A stretch of 51,260 nucleotides of DNA from Callorhinchus milii (lineage: Eukaryota), in NCBI RefSeq assembly GCF_018977255.1, contig NW_024705369.1:1-51260 (forward strand), read 5' to 3'. The position numbers were made by a program, and so were the translations under genes. Under the pieces are notes generated by a model that saw only the letters and a program-made list of their open reading frames with translations, searched no databases and was not told where the DNA came from. Shown piece by piece: positions 39,863 through 49,833 of this stretch. How positions within the stretch are numbered: the stretch's first letter is position 1; each line of letters starts with the position of its first letter.

Positions 39863-40149
39863 CGAGCGAATTCAATACAGTTGGCATTTACGAGCGGCAC
39901 AATCAATAAAAGCGCGTTTTGTCCATTTCCATTAAATATTAAATAGCAAAAAAAAAGGGGGGGAGGGGTTGGGGTTTTTTGTTCCCGAAAATAAGTACCA
40001 TTGACCAAATGAAAGCTGAGAAATATTGAACAGTGCACGGTGTGACATTTTACTACTGCATTGAATTAACAGCGTCAACCCATCCTGCGAGGACTCCATA
40101 GCATTGCCCGCAAGCCAGGGTCGCCGGTAGTCTATTTTATAATTAATAA

Positions 40150-40381
40150 TAATTGACAACACTTTTGTCAGTCCACGGCTGGATGAAGGCCTCTCCACAT
40201 CACTTGACCGCAGGGGTTGTTTGACCATACTTCACCAAACTGTGTTAGTAGTTATGGGCTGGTAAGGTGAGGGGCACAACCCGGTTTTGTATTTCGCCCT
40301 GCACTGATGTCATCCGTGGTTGGGAATTGATCTTAGTTGGCGGATTCAACGTGCAGTGCGCTAACCACTGTGCCACTGCTC
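40150..40381 (-). mobile_element. tRNA-derived SINE family B, full length
   Basis: Minus-strand head GAGCAGTGGCACAGTGGTTAGCGCAC...GATCAATTCCC, body TGGTGAAGTATGGTCAAAC, and tail GAGGCCTTCATCCAGCCGTGGACTGACAAAAG. Confidence 0.8.
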
Positions 40382-40808
40382 GTCTCATTTGGACAACTGT
40401 CACCCCATAAAATTGCCCGTCATCTTCTCTCGAGTGGCTGATGTCGATGCAGAGCAACAACTGCAATTTCACATTCAGGTAGTCAAACCAGACAACCACG
40501 TCAGGAGCAGCGGAGGGTTATCGCTGTGATGTCTCCGTCGTATTTGTGGATCGGGAAATTGCGTCGCTACACGTTGTACGGTCTGTTCTGGGTGACCACA
40601 GTCGCACACTGCTACTGGAGAGTTTTTTTTTTCAATTTGTGCATCAGGTATCCGCATCTGCCATGATTTTTGCAGATGCGATTTAAGGTTGACCCACGAG
40701 CTCCGTGGAAGATCAAACCCAAGGAGTTCGTAATGATTGAGTAGTTATTGTTACGTGTTAGTGCTGGCATCCCTTAAAACCCTTAACACCGGAATTATAT
40801 TCCAGTAC

Positions 40809-40913
40809 TTTACGATGACCAAATTATCTTGAATGTGCCCGATCTCGTCAAATCTATGAAGCTAAGTAGGGATCATGCCTGATTAGTACTTTGATACGAG
40901 ATTGCCTGGGAAT
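40809..40913 (+). pseudogene. 5S rRNA pseudogene or 5S-derived (SINE3-type) head, 3'-truncated
   Basis: TGAATGTGCCCGATCTCGTC...GAAGCTAAGTAGGG...GCCTGATTAGTACTTTGAT..GAGATTGCCTGGGAAT is colinear with eukaryotic 5S rRNA (CCCGATCTCGTC, GAAGCTAAGCAGGG, TTAGTACTTGGATGGGAGACCGCCTGGGAAT), with many substitutions. Confidence 0.85.
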
Positions 40914-40939
40914 TACACTGTATTCCCAGGCAATCTCGT
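40896..40939. repeat. Perfect inverted repeat with 18-bp arms and 8-nt spacer
   Basis: ACGAGATTGCCTGGGAAT-TACACTGT-ATTCCCAGGCAATCTCGT. Confidence 0.95.
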
Positions 40940-41214
40940 GTCTGAGATGTTATAGACTAGGTGTGCAGGAGATGGCAATACAGAAATTGATTTTGAATCG
41001 ATCTGCACAGTGCTTGGAGCGGTACCCCCGAGTACACGTGATGGGTTCTCTCCAGGCTCTCCGGTTTACTTCTACATGGAAGTCTAACACTTGATAAGTG
41101 AAAATAACCAAAAATCTCAACTCAAGATCATCCTGAAAAAAAGTCTCAAAACTCAGCGAGGCTTTGCTACATGAATAAAGGACATTCATTTTTATTATCA
41201 TTTGATAATTTTTC

Positions 41215-41437
41215 TTATAAAAGCCCAGCGTTCCGTTTGTCTGTGAACTACATGATAAGAGCCTTTCAGAAGGCCTGAATCAAAAGTTATGGAAAGTTGG
41301 ATCAACTTTATACCCCATATCTGGTGGGGGGGGGGGGGGGAGGTCTACTTTCTATAACTTTTTGATCAGGCCTTCTGAAAGGCTCTCATAATTTAGCTGA
41401 TGGGCAAACGGTCAAACAGAACGCTGGACTTTTATAA
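41215..41437. mobile_element. Hairpin (MITE-like) element with ~85-90-bp imperfect arms around a spacer containing a G16 tract
   Basis: TTATAAAAGCCCAGCGTTCCGTTTG pairs with CAAACAGAACGCTGGACTTTTATAA. GAGCCTTTCAGAAGGCCTGA..AAAAGTTATGGAAAGT pairs with ACTTTCTATAACTTTT..TCAGGCCTTCTGAAAGGCTC. Confidence 0.85.
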
Positions 41438-41528
41438 TATGAAGAGTGCAATTTTTCATTTTCACGTTATAATTTTTCCCAAAAATAATAACATTTTAAA
41501 GTAGACAAAACACTGACCTATGACCTCG

Positions 41529-41715
41529 TGACGTCAGATCGTTTCCCAGCCATGGCCAACATCAGTGGGGAGTGCTATCTCAACCGGTCCTGGGCGATAA
41601 CCGGCTCAAACCAGCGTGGTGAAGTATGGTCAAACAGGCCTCATATCTGGCAAGGTGTGAGAGGCCCTTCATCCAGCAGTGGATTGACAAAGGGCCTTGA
41701 AAATAACGCAGTTAA
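41529..41715 (+). mobile_element. SINE family B, 5'-truncated
   Basis: CAGCGTGGTGAAGTATGGTCAAAC...GAGGCCCTTCATCCAGCAGTGGATTGACAAAG followed by an A-rich tail. Confidence 0.8.
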
Positions 41716-42441
41716 CAATAACATAAGGCGTTATAGTGGCCTCTAGTGGCCGAATGGGTCATATAATCCGATTACACGCACCATATATGAATCAAAAGTG
41801 TTAATTATTTTGTCGACACAGGTTGTATATTACATACCGATTAAGAGTCACTTCACACTTCCTATCAATGCTGCTCTCGTAGCGTTGCTCCATGAAAATC
41901 TGGATTGCTCGGTGGTTCGCATGGAACGGAGGTCAAAACCACTGATACAGAGCGCATCCGATTGGAATCCATTTCACGTGTCACTAAAATCCATCCCTGC
42001 TTTTAGAGCGTACTTCAAGGGGCTCAGTGCTATGTCGGTTCCACCGCAATTACTGAAACTCCCAGGTGCCTCCAATTAGTGCATGTTTGGTTGCTCATAT
42101 ATGATAATGATATTAATATGAATGCACTGGCTCGTACAAGTGCACACGTGGCCACGGGGCAAAGCCACAGAGAACGAGCGTGCATTGAGAAATACGGCCA
42201 GGTTAAAAATGTTGATTGCTGCACCGCCTTTGCACAATGTAATGACATGCGCGCAGAGTGAGCGGCCAAACCTATTATTAATTTAAACCCCAAGACGCGT
42301 CCGAATGGGAAGACAAGGGAGCGCTCTTCACGAACTAATCAATGCACGTGCAGTTTGACAGAAAATAAGAAAGCGAGTTTGTTTCGAAGACCAGACACAC
42401 ACACACACGATTTGTACACGTGGTTTGTACACGTGGTTAAG

Positions 42442-42588
42442 CACACAAAGACAAAGATCCCCCGTATAGCCTTGACCAGACTGTTGGGGCAAGTGCTGTT
42501 GAAGGCCGGCACGGTACATGAGGCGTGATGGCCCATACCACACCCGGCTGCCTTTGTCTCCCCAGTGTCGACGTTTACACACCGCGCC
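42442..42588 (-). mobile_element. SINE family A, 3' half
   Basis: ACAAAGACAAAG..CCGTATAGCCTTGAC.AGACTGTTGGGGCAAGTGCTGTT...GCCTTTGTCTCCCCAGTG..GTTTACACAC matches 34045-34200. Confidence 0.85.
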
Positions 42589-43295
42589 GCATACGCATCT
42601 AAGGCGGACCGACCTGCTTGTCAAGTGCACCCATGTGTGAATACATACACCAACACAAGCTGAACAAAGAAGGCGTGAAATTTCCAGGGTGCAAACAAAA
42701 CAGTGTGCCATTACTCGGACGTGACACGTGTCAGAAAAATTGCCGTCTCCGCGGACCAGGCTAGGTCATGTAGGCACGGCAGCAATCACCTCAAATTTGG
42801 AAGCTCAAAAGCCAGTGTGAAATAAATATTTTGGGCTCCAGAGACCTGCTGCAACACTTGCAAAACAAGATCTACGCCAGCAGCGAAGGCAGGAAACTTG
42901 TTGGCCCATGTCTTGTTTGCTGGACACCGGCAGAGGTAAAGCACAGCCTGATTAGAGTCAGGGACACGCTGACGGATTCCGATGACACAAAAGGATAGGA
43001 ACGTTTTCGCGGTGCGATAATCAGCACACTGGGCGCTTGCCACCAAGAGGTCACCCACTAGATTCACTCTCTTGGCGCGGCAATTGAAACAACATCGCCG
43101 GGCTTTAAGAGACTCGCTTACACCGCAGCTAGTAGGCCGTGTGTGGTGGGGTCAAGTGTGGCTGTTCCCACCTCATCTAAGACGAATTGCCAGCATGTAA
43201 ACGAAGGCAAAATACCATCTAGAGAAGGGAACTCTGAAGCTTCCTCTAGCAGAGGCCATTTGGCGTGAGCAAGAAACTATCTTTCACCTGATAAT

Positions 43296-43589
43296 TGATA
43301 ATTGGTTTTTTACCCTTCTATCTGGCAACAAAACTGACACCTTTTTTTACAAGGAGTCATGTTTGCATAGACCACAATACCTGCAGTCATAATGCAAACA
43401 AAAAACATAACTCTGTATGCACTGTCCTTGAAGTTGATTGGTCCACACCCGATACAGCTTTCCTTAGAGCCTAGTCTCACATGGGTTGGACCAGATGACG
43501 CCAAAAGGTGTCAGTTTTTGTTGCCAGATAGAAGGGTAAAAAAACTATTATCATATTTTTACTGGCAAATGAGGCCCCAATGGTGTAAA
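43296..43589. mobile_element. MITE-like non-autonomous DNA transposon, left TIR truncated
   Basis: 43296-43345 and 43503-43553 are inverted repeats. The right arm continues to ...CCAATGGTGTAAA, matching the left end of the copy at 33470. Confidence 0.85.
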
Positions 43590-44137
43590 TACCTTTCACC
43601 TGTAAAGGACGGACGACATACTTGACAGCGCTGGCTCACTGAATGCCACCAACCACACACACACACACACCTTTCCGCTGTACGCAGGGAGCATGCCAAA
43701 GAGGCCCTAATTGTACAATCAGCAATGTGATTGCCGACAGGGAACCCACGTGTGTAATCACAGGCACCGGTCCTTTTGAAGCTGGCCACGGGGTCTTTTT
43801 AAGCGAGCGAGAGAGAGAGTGGCTGTTGGTACAGAGCACCGCAGAAAACAGAGTCTGGGGAATCTGCGTTTCGTGCTCACGTGAGGCCCCGCTATTTCGA
43901 AACTATTTTGGATGACGCGGGGTCAACGGAAGACCGCTCGCAAACACTATCGAGTTCTGCGGAGATTCCAAATAAAATCTCTGTCGACGACCCCACCATT
44001 GCTCCGCGCGGCTTTGATCTTCCAAACTAACGGTGCTCCATCAGCCGCTTCAGTTTCATTTATTAGGTATAGCCCTGTGAGCCATTCGGCTCTTGAATCG
44101 GGTGCAACCAGAACAGCAACTGGTCGCTGCTGCGCCA

Positions 44138-44251
44138 ACACACCTCGTCCTGCACAAGAGGAGAACGAAAGACAACCCACAGTGGGACTGCGGCACACAC
44201 CTCGTCCTGCACAAGTGGAGAACGAAAGACAACCCACAGTGTGACTGCGGC
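44138..44251. repeat. 57-bp tandem duplication (2 copies, 2 mismatches)
   Basis: ACACACCTCGTCCTGCACAAG(A/T)GGAGAACGAAAGACAACCCACAGTG(G/T)GACTGCGGC at 44138 and 44195. Confidence 0.97.
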
Positions 44252-44483
44252 CACCCGAACCAGCCGCACCCTACGCCCGCTCTCCGGCGGACTGTGCAGG
44301 ATTAGTCGCGCTAACTCGCGAAGCTACCGCACGGCTCGCAGACTTAAACTGGGACGTGTAATTTGCACAGACTTGCCATACGCTCGAGAGAAACGGCCAG
44401 CAAACAATCTTCATCTGTCACTGCAGGCGTGTTAGCCGCACCGATTGGATGCTAGGATTTATTTTCGACCTGGAAATACCGTC

Positions 44484-44610
44484 TTCTTGGTTCTTTCGGT
44501 AAAGTCACGTAGAAGAAAAATAATAAAATAATAAAAATAAAACATAATAAAATACTATTCTCACGACGTTTCGGCCACAACGCAAGCAGCCGTCCTCAGG
44601 TGAAGAACAG
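44484..44610 (-). mobile_element. Penelope-like element terminal-repeat remnant
   Basis: On the minus strand a hammerhead is followed by a T-rich tract and TACGTGACTTTACCGAAAGAACCAA. The same arrangement occurs twice more at 49834-50057. The Penelope assignment is inferred from the known association of minimal hammerheads with PLE termini. Confidence 0.7.
44555..44610 (-). ncRNA. Minimal type I hammerhead ribozyme
   Basis: 5'-CUGUUCUUCAC CUGAGGA C GGCUGC UUGCGUU GUGGCC GAAA CG UC^GUGAGAAUAG-3'. It has a 10-bp stem I with one bulge, intact CUGANGA and GAAA boxes, a 6-bp stem II, palindromic ACGU in place of stem III, and a GUC cleavage triplet. Confidence 0.8.
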
Positions 44611-44910
44611 GTCTGTCGGAAAGACAGCGTCTGAATGAAAATACCGTGTTTTAGTATTTTAGCGCAGCCAACTCTGTCACTGCGGTGCCCTCTGTATACC
44701 GTCAAACTTTTTCACAGTTATTGCATCATTGGACAACAAAAAATAGTCCTTTCGTTTACAGTACATGGAACTTGCTTGAATGCCTCAGCATCTCAAAGCG
44801 CCGTATGTCACATTTTATTTCTAATAATTTCAAGGGCACCCCCCCCCCCGTGGCAGCTATCCCTGTGCGGCACAAAATGACTGAGCACCGGCCTGTAGGT
44901 GGGCATTAGT

Positions 44911-44929
44911 ATGCCAGTAGGGGGCGATG
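44911..44929 (+). promoter_or_regulatory. Candidate CTCF motif
   Basis: ATGCCAGTAGGGGGCGATG is close to the CCASYAGRKGGCRS core (last base mismatched). This is a motif match only. Confidence 0.35.
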
Positions 44930-45089
44930 ATTGCCCTGTCTAATCCCAATTGAGATACGTGTGCTAACGCGTATAGTGTGTGGCCCACCAAAGCCATCTG
45001 TTCGTGTTATTCGGCCGTCAGTAAGGAAAGTGGTTACCCCACCGCTGGCGTCAAGGTGTTGAGATTGGCGAGGGGTACGCAGGGCTCAC

Positions 45090-45196
45090 CTTCCTGTAGA
45101 CCAGCATGTTGGGCGACTCTTCGTGGAGTCCTCCGCTCTCGCGGGGGGGCGGCCCCCTTGCGACGACTGAGCCGCTGACTCCAACACCTGCGCCAT
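45090..45196 (-). CDS. RGS7: First coding exon of an R7-family regulator of G-protein signalling (RGS7-like; RGS6 not excluded). The exon spans 45206-45090 including 10 nt of 5'UTR and has an apparent 1-nt frameshift.
   Basis: There is an acceptor ...CTCTGTTTGTGCGTTGTCGGCACCAG before 45206, a Kozak-like GTCATGG starting MAQ, and a 3' part encoding EESPNMLVYRK followed by a phase-0 GTGAG donor. From memory, human RGS7 starts MAQ...DESPNMLVYRK with an intron at the same point. ATG to donor is 107 nt, one short of in-frame. Confidence 0.85.
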
Positions 45197-45410
45197 GACG
45201 CACGTCCTGGTGCCGACAACGCACAAACAGAGGCGTGAGCGCGCTGCAATTGTGTCCATGGTTCGTGTGACCTCGCCACCGTTCAATCCCACCAAGGCGA
45301 GCTCCAGCCGTCCTGTCCGCGTCACTCCGTCATCAGCACCCACTAAACCAATTGTACTGAAGTGTCATCATTGCAGACGTACGCTTACAGCCATTTCTTA
45401 TCGAGCGACA

Positions 45411-45558
45411 ATGTGGATGAGTGTCTCGCCCAATACCATGCGGGTAGTGGGTTGTTTATTTGACCATACTTCAACGTGCTGGTTTGTAAGTGTTGGTGAT
45501 GGCGGGGACATGGATGTTGAAGCTAGGTTTGCCACATTGTGCGGTTGGAAGGAATTCC
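45411..45558 (-). mobile_element. SINE family B, diverged fragment
   Basis: TGGATGA...GGGTTGTTT..TTTGACCATACTTCA.CG.GCTGGTTTG matches 40180-40240 and the reverse complement of 41605-41635. Confidence 0.65.
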
Positions 45559-46202
45559 TTTGTTGTACAATACCACGATCAGGTACCAGGATTGTGTTGA
45601 ACTTAATATTTTGTGTTATGATTGTTAATAAATAGAAATATTCATCATTTAAAATGACATTTATAAATTGAAATAAGATTGACAAAACATAATTGATGAA
45701 TGTTCAGAGATTCCACCTATAATTTTAAACAAAAAAGTCCTCAATTAATTTGCACGCATGAATTGGACATTTGTTCAATTCAATTAAATAACTCTGATTT
45801 GTTTAAATAAATATAATAATTCTGTGTGTCCTGGCTTTTGGGCCACTGTGTAGATTGTCTTTGCCTCTCTGCACATCGTCATCTTAGGTTGCCCCCAACA
45901 GAAAATCAAAATCGCCCGTCTATTTTGTAGCATAACCTTGGCCGTTGACTTCCAAATCATATCAGACACGTGCAATAATACAAACTGAATGATTCATAAA
46001 GGTGTCCAACTGGTTATGTCATTCACTTTTAAAAAGCATTCCATAAATCATGTACTCTTTAAAAAAACACATCACATTAGAAGGTTACTCCAATTATGGG
46101 CCCTCCCCCACCACAAATGAGTGAGCAAGTGGAGGGCCTGCCCTTTGCAGTTGTGTGCAATCACAGATAAAACAAAAAATACATTTTACAATAATACCGC
46201 CT

Positions 46203-46270
46203 TCATCATCAGCAGCCAAGATATATCCACTACTGGATGAAGGCATCCCAAAGTCATTGGCATAACTTTC
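46203..46270 (-). mobile_element. RTE LINE extreme 3'-end fragment
   Basis: The minus strand reads CTTTGGGATGCCTTCATCCAGTAGTGGATATATCTTGGCTGCTGATGATGA (LWDAFIQ*WIYLG plus TGA tail), matching 50233-50290. Confidence 0.7.
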
Positions 46271-46494
46271 ATATTGTCAACGTCGTTATATAGTCAAACA
46301 ATGCAAATGCAGTTCGGGAAAGAAAAAACTACACACTTTGAGTCAATTCTCTTTTTAACTGGGCCCAATCATGTAGTGACCACTCCATTGCCATCCAATA
46401 GGTCCTACCTGTTAATGATTCTAATCAGTTCGACTCAATGTTCTAATATCCGCTTGAGTAGGGGGTGATATTCAATTTGAAATAAAAACTTAAA

Positions 46495-46640
46495 CCGGCG
46501 TCCTGAGTTCGATTCCTGGCCACTGCTACCATCAGTGACCTCCCCGCCCCACTCCCCAGATTCTTCACCAATCCGCCCCTGAACAGCGTGATATATGAAT
46601 GCACACAGGCCAGTGGATTGACACAGGGTTGTAAATTATT
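46495..46640 (+). mobile_element. SINE family B, deleted copy
   Basis: CGGCGTCCTGAGTTCGATTCCTGGCC (B box)...TTCACCAA...CAGTGGATTGACACAGGG is colinear with 48410-48580. Confidence 0.7.
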
Positions 46641-48392
46641 TAGATTATCATATTTATTTTGAAATAAGTTACATGACCGTTGCCTGTGGATAGAAATCAC
46701 GATTTCAGCCGGGTGACGTTTTGCTAATTATTGAGTGACTCGGGATGCGATTTCTTGATGGAAATGTTTTCAAACATCAATTAGGGTATTGCAGAAATTA
46801 TTTCTTGCAGTTTATTTATATTTGCATCCTGTAATTCAAGAAAGTTGTGAACACTCTGAAATTTAGAATCACGCTTTATAATTCAAAGCCATCATTTCAA
46901 AATGTATCCGTGGCTCAAACAAGCGCTGTGTATTGGTGGTAGCACTCCACATTCCGATGGAGGGAGCCAGACTATGCCATGTCCTGTCCATGTTAAACCT
47001 TAGAGCACCTCTTACTAAAATGATCGACTGTTAGAGGTGGAAATATTCACTATCCCGTACTCGAATCCCACGACGATCCGACTCGACATCTGTGAAAAAG
47101 AGCTCTGTAGCTCATCTGATTCCTCCAGTATAAATAAATATTCAGATTTTGAAATATTCTGACTTGAACGAATCGTTATTTATTCCTTTTCTGACGGTAG
47201 CGCGTCCAAAAGGGTAACCTTTAACACACGACATCACTGTACGGTACACGAATTGCGGGCCAGGATTCCTGACTCACGCGATTAGCACGGTTGTTTACGT
47301 ACGGTGCGAGAGAAGTTCAATATACATACACAGTATGCACGTTATCGTGAGCTGGGGAATCTGATTTAATCTGATTCGTTGCATTTTACCCACCCTAGGT
47401 TCACAACAGAGTTTAATCTGTTTCCAATTATCGATTGTTTTTTTAAAGGGGGGATCCATTTATAGATACATCATTGATTTATGATCCTCTTACTACTACA
47501 GTACCCTCTAAGCAGACAAAATGCCTCCACTTATCTGACCACAAAAAATATAAAAGTATTTTGCACACATCCCATCAGCCATACGGCATTCATTCTTCTG
47601 AAGAGCTGATTGAAATATATGAAATCTACGACTCCACATCTTAGAGAGGAGAGCACTAAGATATGTAGGTGTGTGTTCAGGTTGGTGGGAGACATGTAGA
47701 GATGCTGTGAAATAAAGATTTTCTCTATCATTTCTGGTTTTTCAATGGGCATATATGCATAAATCACCGTGTATATACACATTACCTTTTTGATATAGGG
47801 TCCTAATTTTAGAAAAATTGAGAGTAATATGATTAAGGTTGATCGTGAAAACAGAATGAAATACCACTTTAGCCGAATTAGATTTGTTGAAAAATTCCGT
47901 TTTAAGCAAGGTCGGTTTTACGCAGTGCACTATAAGTATCGTAATAAAACACACACACAAACACACACCAATGAATGTTGTTGTGGTGCACTATACTTGC
48001 GATCTAGAGGTTTGATTTCTCGGCGTGACATTTGAAACCTTGGCGCATGTTTCTTAAATCCCTCCGCCTTTCTCCTCTCAGCGATGTTCATCGGTTAGTT
48101 GCTTGGAAGATCACGCATGGAGAGGTAAAATGTGGGTAACCTCTCGCTAGCGTGGAAGAGTAGGCGAAATCTTCTCGAGTGTCAAGTCAAATTTTTTAAA
48201 TTAAATACGAGCCGTCTTTCTGGCACAAATCTGCCACTCAAAGCGTCATCACATTTACTATAAGCCCTTCCGCAGGCAGTAGCTTGTGCCGGCAATTGCA
48301 GGGCTGTGCCTCTGCATACATCAGATGTCCCTAACTCATCAACAACGAAGCACTGCCACAGAACTGAAATTATCCTATTATATCGTGGAACA

Positions 48393-48604
48393 GGGGTGCA
48401 CCGCGCTATGAACTCGGCGACCTGAGTTCGATTCCTAGCCGTACCAATAAGCGGGGACCGTCCCCTCCCATTTCACCAAGCCACGCTGACGACCAACGTG
48501 GTGAAGTATGATCAAACAATTCCCGAGATTTGAAGCGGCGCGTGTGGGAATTCCATCCAGCGGTGGATTAACAAAGAGCTGTGCAAGCAAAATAAAACAA
48601 ATAA
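48393..48604 (+). mobile_element. SINE family B, near full length
   Basis: GCTATGAACTCGGCGACCTGAGTTCGATTCCTAGCC (B box), CGTGGTGAAGTATGATCAAAC, CATCCAGCGGTGGATTAACAAAGAG and an A-rich tail. Confidence 0.8.
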
Positions 48605-48884
48605 ATGATTGGCACTCTCACCTGCTGTGGCTGATGATCGGCACCCCTGCTCCGTACGCCGGTCTCTGCGTACACTGGAAGTTTTGCACGGAGGATTGTA
48701 TTTTATAATTAAATCCGTCCGGTCTATATTCGTGATGCTTCCGAGTCGCTCCGGGTGAAGGTCAGCTGCAGGAACGGCATAGGAAAGGAATCCATACGAC
48801 ACGACGCATCCTTTCAGTTGCCGATGTGTGTTTGATGCATACTGAGCCTTATCCACTGTTCACCGAAGTGTTACGCTGTTGAAC

Positions 48885-49180
48885 GCTGCTGCTTGCCGTT
48901 GCTTTTGTTGTTGGTGTTATTGCTGTTTATTATGATGATGATGCTGTTACTGACGCAGCTGCTACTGCTGATGATGTTTAAGATACTGCTGCTGGTGCTG
49001 CTAATAATGATTATGGTGGTGCTACTGTTGATGCTATTACTTATGCTGCTGCCACTGATGTTTTGCCCTTGCTAATACTGCTGCTACTGATGCTCCTGCT
49101 GCTACTGATGCTCCTGCTGCTGCTGCCGCCGCTACTGAAGATGTTGGTGTTTCTGTTGATACCGCTGCTGATGTTAATGT
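48885..49180. repeat. Degenerate trinucleotide low-complexity tract (CTG/ATG/TTG)
   Basis: About 300 bp of mixed GCT/GAT/GTT/ACT triplets. Confidence 0.9.
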
Positions 49181-49833
49181 TCAATACGCTCTCAGCTTGC
49201 TGCTAGTGCCGGTGGCAGCTGTTGGCGACTGCGCTATTATTATTGCTCCTGTTTCTGCTGATAATATTACTCAACTTTTGACAGATTTTTGCGTACCTAC
49301 TCAATGGATGGCCCCACATCACACCTTCACCATCGTGCTGTGCTGTCAGACCCCATTGGTTTCAAATGTGTGGCGGCCCTCACACCGATGATGTCTTATG
49401 GGCGAAAGTAGTCCCCTTTGAGTAGTTAGTGAACAACACTGATTTAAAGGCATGCACGTAATTAATGACCGTCTTCTCCATAGCATAAAACGAAAAGTTG
49501 GGAGGTGCGTTTTATGATCCTGTAGGTGTGTGTGTGTGAGATTTTATTTTACTTTATTAACACCGGGCACGATTTTGGGTGCATCTTACTTTATCTGGAG
49601 CATCTTATAACTGTGAGAAGACTTAATTTGGATTTCGCCAAGTATTCCGATGCAGGAACCTCCTCAAAATGGGTCTTGAGATTCAGTGAGGCCTTCCCGG
49701 GAAAATAATGAGGATCATCATAATAAAGGGTCTACGTTGTAGGTAGCAGGGGCAATACAGCAAAATAATTAGTAGTACAAATACGGTAGTTCTATCTAGA
49801 TTTTAAGTTTTCGTGACTGCAGGGATCCATATT

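Noticed and set aside
43912..44305. ORFs with duplicated 19-aa peptides
   Set aside because: They are a by-product of the 57-bp tandem duplication.
48893..49075. Leu/Met-rich membrane-like ORF
   Set aside because: It is the translation of a degenerate trinucleotide tract.
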